From an uncultured Ardenticatenales bacterium (GTDB lineage: Bacteria > Chloroflexota > Anaerolineae > Ardenticatenales > Ardenticatenaceae), in contig CBKYSX010000001.1 of assembly GCA_966690745.1 (NCBI GenBank), positions 1 to 57,071 of the forward strand: a DNA stretch of 57,071 nt. The letters are read 5' to 3'. Below are positions 1-8,826 of the stretch, piece by piece (position 1 is the first letter of the stretch; each line of letters starts with the position of its first letter). Position numbers and translations under genes: made by a program. The notes beneath the pieces were generated by a model that did no database searches, was not told where the DNA came from, and was given only the letters and a program-made list of their open reading frames with translations.

Positions 1-476
1 GGATCCTCTACGACGAAGCCGAAAAGGTGTTGCAAGCCTACTTTGCCAGCTTCCCGAAAGTTGAATCCTACCTCAACAGTGTGGTGCAAGAGGCAGTGAC
101 CAAAGGGTATGTTGAAACCATTCTGGGGCGGCGACGTTACTTTGAAGTTCTGCAACAAAACCCCACCTCCAATGCCGGGCGGGCGGCGGAACGCGCCGCC
201 AAGAACCATCCGATTCAGGGGAGTGCGGCGGAAATCATCAAAATTGCGATGGTAGAGATAGACAAGTGGTTGCTGGACGAAGGCAAAAAGACGCGCATGG
301 TCCTACAGGTGCATGACGAACTGGTCTTTGAAGTTCCCGAAACCGAATTGGATGAAGTCTTGCCCCGTCTGGTTGATACCATGGAATCTGCCATGACCTT
401 AACGGTGCCGCTCAAGGTAGATGCCAAAGTCGGGCATAACTGGCTAGAGATGGAAGTGGTGGAAGAGCAGGCTTAA
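1..476 (+). CDS. polA: DNA polymerase I, C-terminal fragment (5' end lies outside the window)
   Basis: The frame of ORF 27..476 is open to the window edge. The translation has family-A polymerase C-terminal motifs: AERAAKNHPIQGSAAEIIKIAM and motif C LQVHDELVFEV. Confidence 0.9.
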   Translation, partial: ILYDEAEKVLQAYFASFPKVESYLNSVVQEAVTKGYVETILGRRRYFEVLQQNPTSNAGRAAERAAKNHPIQGSAAEIIKIAMVEIDKWLLDEGKKTRMVLQVHDELVFEVPETELDEVLPRLVDTMESAMTLTVPLKVDAKVGHNWLEMEVVEEQA

Positions 477-506
477 AGCAAAAGGACTACAAACTCGACT
501 TTACAT

Positions 507-544
507 AAGAGGTGAGTTTCTTTACAAACTCATCTCTTCTTTTC
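507..544 (+). terminator. Intrinsic terminator after polA
   Basis: A 13-bp stem (aagaggtgagttt / aaactcatctctt, one G-U pair) with a 6-nt loop, followed by cttttc. Confidence 0.6.
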
Positions 545-597
545 GCTGATAGTACTGATTCGCGATACTGGACGATGCCCCACTGCTTTCTAAGAAC

Positions 598-774
598 CTA
601 TCCGTAAATTGATTTTACGGTCAAAATCGGTCGAAAGCGTGACATACATAAGTCGCGCAAGAACGAATTATACTTGCGACTATAGCAAGAATGACCGTGA
701 TATGGATATTTCAAGTCCTCCTTACAGAATCTTTGCAGGAGTTACTTGAAAACCCGTTTTTAATTTACGGATAG
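598..774. repeat. About 177-bp AT-rich segment bounded by 13-bp perfect inverted repeats (MITE-like)
   Basis: ctatccgtaaatt at 598-610 is the exact reverse complement of aatttacggatag at 762-774. There is an internal hairpin ccgtaaa...tttacgg and no ORF inside. Confidence 0.35.
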
Positions 775-851
775 ACTCTAAAATAGATTCTAAGCGTAAC
801 CTGCTTTATAATACCTTGTACTCAGAACAATTCCCCTGAAACGGTTAAGTT

Positions 852-1421
852 ATGGCTGAACTCAGCAAGCCTGTATACCCCGGCGATGCCTTCTTTTTAA
901 TGCGCCCGACCCCGGCGGAATCGCAAGCGATGCGGATTGCGGCGATGCCCCTTGCGACAGAATATGGCGGCACGGTACCCGATGAATTTCATTTGACCGT
1001 CCAACGGGCGCGGGATATTGCCCCCGCCGATTGGGAACGGGTATTGACCGATTTACATGTTGCCCTGCAAGGGACGCGCCCCTTTAAGTTGGAAGCGGTG
1101 GGGCTATGGCGGTTCTATAGCCAATTCCGTCAGAGCAACGCGCTTTTTTGGACGATGAAATCGTCCCCTGCTCTGTTGAAGGTACGCAAGGCATTGGACG
1201 AAGTTTTGGAAAAATATGGCGCAACCAAATATCCCTATCCTCTGGATGAATGGAAGCCCCACACGCTCGCCCTGCAAAACGCACAAGGGGTAGACGGTGA
1301 TTTGAAATTTCCAGACACGCTTCCCCGCCCTGCCTTTACGGTGACATCCTTATCCCTCAGCATTTATCTGCCGTGGGGCGTATTCGCGGAACACCCGATT
1401 GCGATTTTTAATCCTAAATAA
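852..1421 (+). CDS. 2H phosphoesterase superfamily protein (LigT / 2'-5' RNA ligase-like)
   Basis: Two H-x-T/S-x motifs (FHLTVQ and PHTLAL) at the spacing typical of the 2H fold. ATG start. Confidence 0.6.
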   Translation: MAELSKPVYPGDAFFLMRPTPAESQAMRIAAMPLATEYGGTVPDEFHLTVQRARDIAPADWERVLTDLHVALQGTRPFKLEAVGLWRFYSQFRQSNALFWTMKSSPALLKVRKALDEVLEKYGATKYPYPLDEWKPHTLALQNAQGVDGDLKFPDTLPRPAFTVTSLSLSIYLPWGVFAEHPIAIFNPK

Positions 1422-1460
1422 TTCGGCTTTTGATGATGTGAAAGCCGCACGGTAGATAAG

Positions 1461-2024
1461 ATGGCTTCCAATCCCCGCAAAATTGTTGCCCCGCATGTAT
1501 ATTTGGAGCGGGAACGCGCCGCCACTTATAAAAGCGAATATATCAACGGCGAAATGTATGTGATGGCGGGGGCAAGCGAGGCGCACAATCTCATTACGAT
1601 TAATGCTGTTACCGCTTTGCATAGTCAAGTACGCAAAAGAGGTTGTCGCATTTATGCCAATGATATGCGTGTCAAAATCCTCGCAACGTTACTTTACACC
1701 TATCCCGATATTGTGATGGTGTGCGGACAAAGGCAATTTGATGATGCTCACAAGGATACCCTGACTAACCCCTTAGTCCTTATGGAAGTATCAGAAGCCT
1801 ATGACCGCGGCGAAAAATTTGCCCATTATCGCCGAGCAGAAGGACTGCAAGAATATATTTTGATGTCTCAAGACAAAATGCGGGTCGAACAGTATGTACG
1901 CCAACCCGATGAAAGTTGGAATCTTCGCGTCTTAGAAGCGGCAACATCGGAACTGGTATTGGATTCTGTAGAAGCTCGTGTGCTGTTGAGCGATCTGTAC
2001 GATGGGGTCTTTGATGACGAGTAA
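1461..2024 (+). CDS. Uma2 family (DUF820) putative endonuclease
   Basis: Pattern YEL/YINGE..MAG.S..HN.I..N, PD-(D/E)xK-like core (YPDIVMV...LMEVSE..DRGEKF..Y...G..EY) and a length of about 190 aa. Confidence 0.7.
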   Translation: MASNPRKIVAPHVYLERERAATYKSEYINGEMYVMAGASEAHNLITINAVTALHSQVRKRGCRIYANDMRVKILATLLYTYPDIVMVCGQRQFDDAHKDTLTNPLVLMEVSEAYDRGEKFAHYRRAEGLQEYILMSQDKMRVEQYVRQPDESWNLRVLEAATSELVLDSVEARVLLSDLYDGVFDDE

Positions 2025-3000
2025 TAGTGTTGAAATCGAACACCTCCGCAAAGTTTTTACCCTTCATCGGCGCGAGGGATTCAAACGCATTGCCAGTAAG
2101 GTGGTGGCGGTGGAGGATTTAAGTCTGACGATTCCCGAAGGGCAATCGGTAGCGTTTATCGGTCCGAACGGCGCGGGCAAATCCACCACGATCAAAATGC
2201 TGACTGGGATTCTTACCCCTGATGGCGGTACGGCACGCGTGCTGGGCTATGTGCCATGGCAACAGCGGGGTGAGCTAACCCGTCACATTGGTGCAGTCTT
2301 CGGGCAACGCTCCCAATTGTGGTATCACCTGCCTCCCCGCGATACTTTTGAACTGTTAGCACGCATTTACAACCTGCCCGGCGACCTCTATCGAACACGC
2401 CGTGATATGCTGATTGACCGCTTCGACCTCGCCAAATTTTTAGATACACCTGTGCGAAAACTATCGCTGGGGCAAAGGATGCGGGCAGAGGTGGCGGCAA
2501 GTTTGTTGCACGGACCCAAAGTGTTGTTCTTGGATGAACCTACTATCGGGCTGGACGTAGTAGCGCGGCAAAAATTACGGGATTTGATTGCCGAATGGAA
2601 TAAAGAAGAGGGGGTCACGATCTTCCTCACCAGCCATGATGCCGGAGATATTGAACGGGTGGCGCGGCGCGTAATTGTGATTAACAACGGGCGGATTGTC
2701 TTTGACGATAAAGTGTCCGCCATGCGCCGCCAATTCCTGCGGAACAAAGTTTTAGGGGTGCGTTTTAACGGAATTCCGACCCCGATTGATTTACCGGGAG
2801 TGATGATGTTAAAAAGTACTCCCTACGCGTTAAAACTCGAAGTAGATACTACCGTAACCCCGATTGAACAGGTGATGGGTGCAGTGATGGCGGCAGGGTC
2901 GGTGGCGGATATTTCCATTGAAGACCCCCCGTTGGAAGAAATCATTGCCCATATCTATGAGCAGGGGAGTGGTGTGGGGCAGGAAGTAGTAGCAAGTTAG
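2002..3000 (+). CDS. ABC transporter ATP-binding protein (ABC-2 exporter type)
   Basis: Walker A GPNGAGKST, signature LSLGQRMR, Walker B LFLDEPT, H-loop SHD. An alternative start is ATG 2014, which overlaps the upstream stop. Confidence 0.9.
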   Translation: MGSLMTSNSVEIEHLRKVFTLHRREGFKRIASKVVAVEDLSLTIPEGQSVAFIGPNGAGKSTTIKMLTGILTPDGGTARVLGYVPWQQRGELTRHIGAVFGQRSQLWYHLPPRDTFELLARIYNLPGDLYRTRRDMLIDRFDLAKFLDTPVRKLSLGQRMRAEVAASLLHGPKVLFLDEPTIGLDVVARQKLRDLIAEWNKEEGVTIFLTSHDAGDIERVARRVIVINNGRIVFDDKVSAMRRQFLRNKVLGVRFNGIPTPIDLPGVMMLKSTPYALKLEVDTTVTPIEQVMGAVMAAGSVADISIEDPPLEEIIAHIYEQGSGVGQEVVAS

Positions 3001-3011
3001 GGTGCTGATCT

Positions 3012-3049
3012 AACGACTGCATAGTACATAGTGCATAAACGGCTACGAC
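3012..3049. repeat. Intergenic repeat family F, half copy (aacgactgcata...tgcataaacg)
   Basis: Shares aacgactgcata, tgcataaacg and cta(a)cgac blocks with 43661-43735. Confidence 0.5.
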
Positions 3050-3065
3050 ATATAAAGTATAAGGA

Positions 3066-3150
3066 TAGAAGTTACGCACTTCAAGCGATAAACGAGGTTA
3101 AAAATAATTCTTGCAGGGAATTATTTTTGCCTCAACTGCGTAACTCCTAC
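3066..3150. repeat. Intergenic nested-palindrome repeat family A, copy 1
   Basis: Outer arms agaagttacgca / tgcgtaact, middle arms, and a central hairpin aaaaataattc..gaattattttt. Its reverse complement aligns along about 90 bp with 13033-13124. Confidence 0.7.
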
Positions 3151-3161
3151 AGGATATAGGT

Positions 3162-3800
3162 ATGCCTGAGTGGACAACGTTTGGCTTGTTTTTGACGGCG
3201 ACATTGGTGCTGGCATTTACGCCTGGTCCGGGGATTTTTTATGTGCTGACCCGTAGTATCAAGGGGGGGCGACGCGAAGGGATTGCCTCTGCATTGGGAA
3301 CCGCCATGGGTGGGATGGCACATGTCGTCGCGGCGGGGGTCGGACTATCTGCCATTCTCATGACCTCGGCAGTGGCGTTCACCATCGTGAAGTATGCGGG
3401 GGCGGCATACCTGATTTATCTGGGGATACGCATTTTGCTGGAACGGGAAACCCTTACTGAAATGGTAGAGGCAGGGGTAGTGGTACAAAATCAGCGTACA
3501 GCCTTCTATCAGGGAATTGTGACGGAACTCCTGAACCCCAAAACCGCGCTCTTTTTCCTTTCTTTCCTGCCCCAATTTATTAATCCTCAAGGAGCGGTGC
3601 TGTTCCAATTTATGCTCTTGGGAAGTATCACGGTCTTTTGTAATACGGCGGTGGATTTTATCGTTGTCACCCTGGCAGAGCCGATTCGCAACCTGTGGCA
3701 GAAGAGCGAACGGGTGCGACGTGGGCAACGGGTTGCCTCAGGCGTAGCCATGATTACGCTGGGGGCATTTGTAGCGACATCTGGTAATTCATCGGAATAA
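3162..3800 (+). CDS. LysE/RhtB family amino-acid efflux translocator
   Basis: About 210 aa with 6 hydrophobic segments. N-terminal pattern TPGPG.FYV and the NPK..LFF motif are typical of the LysE family. Confidence 0.8.
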   Translation: MPEWTTFGLFLTATLVLAFTPGPGIFYVLTRSIKGGRREGIASALGTAMGGMAHVVAAGVGLSAILMTSAVAFTIVKYAGAAYLIYLGIRILLERETLTEMVEAGVVVQNQRTAFYQGIVTELLNPKTALFFLSFLPQFINPQGAVLFQFMLLGSITVFCNTAVDFIVVTLAEPIRNLWQKSERVRRGQRVASGVAMITLGAFVATSGNSSE

Positions 3801-3815
3801 CCTCTTCCTTCAACC

Positions 3816-4613
3816 ATGATCGGCTTACGAAAATACAGTTGGGTAGGATACATTTCGGCGCGGGCAAACCTTGCTTATTTTGGCGAGGTGGCGGCGCGGA
3901 TTATTTTTCTGGGGGTCATCCTCTTTATTTTTTTGCGCCTGTGGACGGTAACTTATAGCGAAACGGGCAGTGCCGTGTTGGGCGGTTTTACCTTGGCGCA
4001 AATGTTGTGGTATCTCGCAATGACCGAGGCAATGGTGCTATCCTCGCCCCGTGTCAGCGAAGCAGTGGATGAAGATGTCCGTACTGGAGCCATCGCCGTT
4101 CAATTGCTTCGTCCCTTGTATTATCCTGCCTATCGCCTGTGGACGACCCTGGGCGAACGGTTCATCCGCTTTTTGCTCAATGCCGCCGTAGGTGCCGGAA
4201 TTGTCCTCTTTTTTGTTGGTCCGATTCCCTTTACCATGCAGGGGTTGGCAATGTTTGCTGTTTCTTTGCCGCTTGCCTTTACGCTGGATTTCCTCGGCTA
4301 TTTTTTGGTCGGAATTGCCGCCTTCTGGATGGAAGACACATCGGGGTTACGGCTGATCTACTCCCGCCTTATTATGATTGTAGGGGGAATGCTCATTCCC
4401 TTAGAGCTGTTTCCGCCTGTTGCCCAACCTGTTTTACAACTGCTTCCTTTTGCCAGTATTCTCTACACCCCTGCCCGTCTTTTCGTCAATCCCGACCCTG
4501 CCTATTTTATGCAAGCTATTCCCCTGCAAGTGGCATGGGTGGTTATGCTTACGGTGGCGGTCATCGCCATTTATCGTATCGCCGTCCAAAAGATTCAGGG
4601 CAATGGGGGGTGA
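3816..4613 (+). CDS. ABC-2 type transporter permease (uncharacterised ABC system, permease 1)
   Basis: A polytopic membrane protein with about 6 TM segments, adjacent to a second permease and in the same operon context as the ATPase at 2002. Confidence 0.7.
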   Translation: MIGLRKYSWVGYISARANLAYFGEVAARIIFLGVILFIFLRLWTVTYSETGSAVLGGFTLAQMLWYLAMTEAMVLSSPRVSEAVDEDVRTGAIAVQLLRPLYYPAYRLWTTLGERFIRFLLNAAVGAGIVLFFVGPIPFTMQGLAMFAVSLPLAFTLDFLGYFLVGIAAFWMEDTSGLRLIYSRLIMIVGGMLIPLELFPPVAQPVLQLLPFASILYTPARLFVNPDPAYFMQAIPLQVAWVVMLTVAVIAIYRIAVQKIQGNGG

Positions 4614-4620
4614 TGGTGCT

Positions 4621-5415
4621 ATGAGTTCGATTCTTAACTACCTCTCCCTCGCCGTTGCCTACATTCGCCTGAACTTACAGGCGGCATTGGAATATCGCGC
4701 CGCGTTTTGGTGGCAAGTTGGGGGTATGTTCATTAATAACATGATGTGGGTGGTCTTTTGGGTGCTGTTTTTTACCCGCTTTCCTGTGTTGCGGGGCTGG
4801 ACAGTGAATGATGTAATTACTGTATGGGCATTGGCGGCGGCGGGCTTCGGCTTGGCGGCAACGATTGCGGGCAACAGCCTTACCTTAGCCAACATCATTG
4901 CACAGGGGCAATTGGACGTATGGATGTTGTATCCACGAAAACTGCTCCCCCATTTACTTTTAGGGCGAATGAGCATCTTTTCTATCGGGGATACACTGTT
5001 TGGTTTCTTTGTCTATCTGTTCATGATTCGCCCCGACCTTCCCCACCTGATTTTGTTTCTGTTGCTGGTGTTGTCTACCGCCTTCCTCTTTTTGGGCTTT
5101 TCGGTATTAACGGGCAGTTTGAGTTTTTATCTGGGCAATGCCAGTGCCTTAGCCGACCAGTGGCGGTTTGCCATGCTGACCTTTGGAACCTATCCGGCAG
5201 TCTTGTTCGACGGCGGCGCGAAATTTATCCTGTACACCCTTATCCCTGCATTTTTTATCAGTGAGTTTCCGATAGAAGCCTTACGGAATCTGTCCATTCA
5301 AAACGCTCTGATGGCGTTTTTGGGGTCGGGGGTAATTTTAACGATAGGGGTTATCGTTTTTTATCATGGACTGCGGCGCTATGAATCAGGCAATCTCATG
5401 GAAATGCGCGGCTAA
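4621..5415 (+). CDS. ABC-2 type transporter permease 2
   Basis: Hydrophobic polytopic protein. The ORF track opens at 4420, but that part overlaps the upstream gene out of frame. ATG 4621 (or 4603) follows a ggggggtga purine tract. Confidence 0.7.
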   Translation: MSSILNYLSLAVAYIRLNLQAALEYRAAFWWQVGGMFINNMMWVVFWVLFFTRFPVLRGWTVNDVITVWALAAAGFGLAATIAGNSLTLANIIAQGQLDVWMLYPRKLLPHLLLGRMSIFSIGDTLFGFFVYLFMIRPDLPHLILFLLLVLSTAFLFLGFSVLTGSLSFYLGNASALADQWRFAMLTFGTYPAVLFDGGAKFILYTLIPAFFISEFPIEALRNLSIQNALMAFLGSGVILTIGVIVFYHGLRRYESGNLMEMRG

Positions 5416-5645
5416 TTGCCTCCAAAATATTCAATAGTAGAGCAATCAACGACTATTTGCATGATAGAGGCTTTATATGTTACGATTCGATAACATCCCT
5501 ACTAAAAACGGTAGTCGCACCCCCTCACTACTCCCCTGCCCGTTAAACAACTCAAAATTACAGGCTTGATTTAAGCGGTTTGCCTCTTCGTGCCGGAACC
5601 GAAAAGGCATATCGGGGTATTTACATTATTTTCTAGGATTATCGT

Positions 5646-7877
5646 ATGCAATCGGCTTCTCCATCCCCTGCATCGGTCTCCGTCGCGCCTCCTTCACTTT
5701 GGGAAAAACTGATTCGTCCTGCCGCTACAGTCGCCCCGGAAGAACAACGACGTGTTCGTTTGCTCTCGGCAATTTTATTGGTGTTGTCGGTTGCCGCCAT
5801 CCTCGGTGCAACCTATGTTTTTGTTGATTCCGTCAACGCCGGAACCTTCGCGGATTTTGCCCCCTATCTGGTCATTTATGCCGTAGCGGGAATATTGCTC
5901 GTGGCGTATGCCCTTACGCGCACCCGCTATTTTGTTGCCGCTGTCTGGCTGACGATAGTCCTTACACTGATAGACATCCCTATCGTTTTTTTGGTACTGT
6001 ATTATCGAACCCAAACGCTGGTCACCAATCATACATTACTGGCATTTTTAGCCATCCCGGTTATTGTTGCCAGTATCTTTTTGTCGGCGCGACAGACCTT
6101 TTGGGTAGGCGTTTTGGCTGTGCTGGGGGTAGCAACCATTCCCGTAATGCTTCCGATCTACGCGCCTACTTTTATCAGCTTCTCGCTGGTGTTTGTGGCA
6201 ATGGCAACGGCGTTGTTGGTCGTAGCAACCTCCCTGCGGGATGAATATCTGATGCAGATTCGGCGGCAGGTGGTGCAATTAACCGAAGCCGAATCTCGCT
6301 TACAAGAAGCCAATCAAACCTTGGAATTGCGTGTTGCGGAACGCACCAAAGCATTGGAGCGAAGCGAATCCCGCTATCGTGCTCTTGTCGAAATCAACCC
6401 TGACCTGATTTTCACCCTCGATAACAACAACATTATTACGTTTACCAACGCCCGCCCCGAATTTGACCCTCGTCTGCGCGGGCGTTCGATTTACGAAGTC
6501 ACGCCCCCTTACCAACATGAGGCGGTGCGCGAAGCGATTGCCGAAACCATTCGTACCAGAAGGGTGCAATCCTACGAATTTCAGGGGATTAACCCGGATG
6601 GGTTGGTGCAATGGTGGCACAATCGTGTCGTGCCAATTTACGAAGATAACATGTATATGGGGTTGACTGTCATTTCTACGGACATTACCCAACGGCGCGA
6701 GGCGGAATTGGAACTCATGCTTCGCAACAGCGCGATTGAATCCAGCACCACCGGTATTACAATTGCCGATGCAACACGGACGGAGATGCCCCTGATTTAC
6801 GTGAATAAAGCGTTTACAGAGGTGACGGGCTATAGCGCAGAAGAGGCTATCGGACGCAACTGCCGCTTCTTGCAAAACGATGACCGTGACCAGTGGGGCG
6901 TTCACGAAATCCGCAAATCCTTAAAAGAAGGGCGGGGCTGTGATGTACAGGTGCGGAACTATCGCAAAAATGGCGAACTGTTCTGGAACGAATTGCGTCT
7001 TGCCCCGATTCACGATGCCGAAGGCAAATTGACTCACTATGTCGGACTTTCCACCGATATTACTGCTCAGAAACTGCTGGAAGCGGAACGGGAACAATTG
7101 GTGCAGGAATTAGAAAACACCGTGGGCGAATTACAAGTCGCCAAACGGATTGCCGACGAAAATTCACGGCTCAAATCAGAATTTCTTGCTACCATGTCCC
7201 ATGAATTGCGGACTCCCTTGAACGCTATTGAGGGCTATTCCAGCATCATGCTGAACAACATGGGCGTAGAACTGACCACCGCCCCGCGCCGTATGGTGGA
7301 ACGGATTGGCGCAAACAGCCGACGACTTCTAAAGTTAATTAACGACTTCCTGGACCTATCGCGGATTGAAGCCGGTCGTTTTGAACTATCCCATACCCCC
7401 CTCAACCTCAATGCTCTCGCGGAAAAGTGGCGTACCGAGATTCAGGTGCTGGCAGAGCAAAAGGGTATTGATCTACGAGTAGAGATTGACCCCGCCTTGC
7501 CTGAAATGATTAAGGGTGACGAGGACGCGCTAACCAAACTTGCAATTAACTTGTTGGGCAATGCCGTGAAATTTACGAACGAAGGCGAAGTGGTTCTGGG
7601 GCTGAAACGACTATCACCGGAGAGTTGGGCGATGGTTGTTAGTGATACGGGAATCGGAATTGCCCCCCATGCCCGAGAATTTATTTTTGAAGAGTTCCGA
7701 CAGGTGGATAGCTCCTCTAAACGGGAATATGCCGGAACCGGGTTGGGATTGTCTATCGTACAAAAACTTGTCCGCCTGATGGGCGGCAATGTGACATTGA
7801 CCAGTGAGGTGGGTCAAGGTAGTACTTTTACTGTTACGCTTCCTCTGGCGTATGAAAAAACCGCCGCTTTAGCATAA
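5646..7877 (+). CDS. Membrane sensor histidine kinase with PAS and LOV domains
   Basis: About 200 aa of N-terminal TM segments, a coiled coil, PAS, then a LOV-type PAS with GRNCRFLQ (Cys codon at 6861-6863). HisKA H-box SHELRTPLNAI; HATPase N, G1 and G2 boxes GNAVKFT, DTGIGI, GTGLGLSIV. Confidence 0.9.
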   Translation: MQSASPSPASVSVAPPSLWEKLIRPAATVAPEEQRRVRLLSAILLVLSVAAILGATYVFVDSVNAGTFADFAPYLVIYAVAGILLVAYALTRTRYFVAAVWLTIVLTLIDIPIVFLVLYYRTQTLVTNHTLLAFLAIPVIVASIFLSARQTFWVGVLAVLGVATIPVMLPIYAPTFISFSLVFVAMATALLVVATSLRDEYLMQIRRQVVQLTEAESRLQEANQTLELRVAERTKALERSESRYRALVEINPDLIFTLDNNNIITFTNARPEFDPRLRGRSIYEVTPPYQHEAVREAIAETIRTRRVQSYEFQGINPDGLVQWWHNRVVPIYEDNMYMGLTVISTDITQRREAELELMLRNSAIESSTTGITIADATRTEMPLIYVNKAFTEVTGYSAEEAIGRNCRFLQNDDRDQWGVHEIRKSLKEGRGCDVQVRNYRKNGELFWNELRLAPIHDAEGKLTHYVGLSTDITAQKLLEAEREQLVQELENTVGELQVAKRIADENSRLKSEFLATMSHELRTPLNAIEGYSSIMLNNMGVELTTAPRRMVERIGANSRRLLKLINDFLDLSRIEAGRFELSHTPLNLNALAEKWRTEIQVLAEQKGIDLRVEIDPALPEMIKGDEDALTKLAINLLGNAVKFTNEGEVVLGLKRLSPESWAMVVSDTGIGIAPHAREFIFEEFRQVDSSSKREYAGTGLGLSIVQKLVRLMGGNVTLTSEVGQGSTFTVTLPLAYEKTAALA

Positions 7878-7892
7878 AAAAACAGGTGATGT

Positions 7893-8321
7893 ATGGTCGA
7901 ATACCCCCGCGACTTACTCTCTAAGTGGTCGGTCGTTGTCGTCGAAGATGAAGACGACAGTTTAGACATTGCCACCTACATTTTGGAATACTACGGAGCC
8001 ATTGTTTATAGTGCAACCAATGGCAAGGATGGGTTGCGCCTCGTCCGTTCCGTGCTTCCCCGTTTTGTGATTTCTGATCTTTCGATGCCCGTTATGGATG
8101 GGTGGGAGATGATTCGGGAATTACAACGGGATTCCCACACCCGCGATATTCCCGTGATTGCCCTCACCGCCCACGCCATGCGTGGCGACCGCGAACGGGC
8201 AATTGCGGCAGGCTTTTATAATTATCTGACCAAACCTCTTACCGCTGATATGTTTATGCACGATTTGGTCACTTTGTTGGTGGAAAACCCTGAATTTCGC
8301 GAAGCCTTGCTTTACACTTAA
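7893..8321 (+). CDS. Single-domain response regulator (CheY-like receiver)
   Basis: VVVVEDEDD, phospho-acceptor context ISDLSMPVMDG, ALTA, LTKP. Confidence 0.9.
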   Translation: MVEYPRDLLSKWSVVVVEDEDDSLDIATYILEYYGAIVYSATNGKDGLRLVRSVLPRFVISDLSMPVMDGWEMIRELQRDSHTRDIPVIALTAHAMRGDRERAIAAGFYNYLTKPLTADMFMHDLVTLLVENPEFREALLYT

Positions 8322-8366
8322 AAATAGGGGTTTGAATACCCCCTCTTCTGAAAAAGGAAGCTTCTA

Positions 8367-8744
8367 ATGTTGACCGACTTACCGATTTTAGTGGTAGAAG
8401 ATGACCCCGACGGGCAGGCGGTGGTAGCCCATATTTTGAGCTATATGCAGATTCCCCATGATGTGGTTGGTACGGCGGAACATGCCATTAACTACCTGTT
8501 TCGACAGGGGATAACCTATCGTGCTGTCATTATTGACCTTGCCCTGCCGGGGAAGGACGGATGGAGCTTGCTCTCCGATATTCAACGCAACCCTGCCACC
8601 CGCACCCTGCCCTGCATTGCCATTACTGCCTATCACACTTCCGCTTTGCGTGAACAGGCACTGCGGGCAGGGTTTACCGCCTATTTTTCCAAACCGATTG
8701 AAGCGACATCGTTTGCCCGTTCGCTGGCAGATTTGCTGGCTTAG
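8367..8744 (+). CDS. Single-domain response regulator (CheY-like receiver)
   Basis: ILVVEDDPD, IIDLALPGKDG, AITAY, FSKP. Confidence 0.9.
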   Translation: MLTDLPILVVEDDPDGQAVVAHILSYMQIPHDVVGTAEHAINYLFRQGITYRAVIIDLALPGKDGWSLLSDIQRNPATRTLPCIAITAYHTSALREQALRAGFTAYFSKPIEATSFARSLADLLA

Positions 8745-8767
8745 CAATAGATTCCCGTCTTGAACAG

Positions 8768-8816
8768 ACAACAAGAGAACCGCTTTTCATCATAAAAGCG
8801 GTTCTCTTGTTGTTTT
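8768..8816. terminator. Bidirectional intrinsic terminator between convergent genes
   Basis: A stem of about 20 bp (acaacaagagaaccgctttt / aaaagcggttctcttgttgt), flanked by a T-run on the + side and an A-run on the other. Confidence 0.8.
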
Positions 8817-8826
8817 ATATGCTTCT

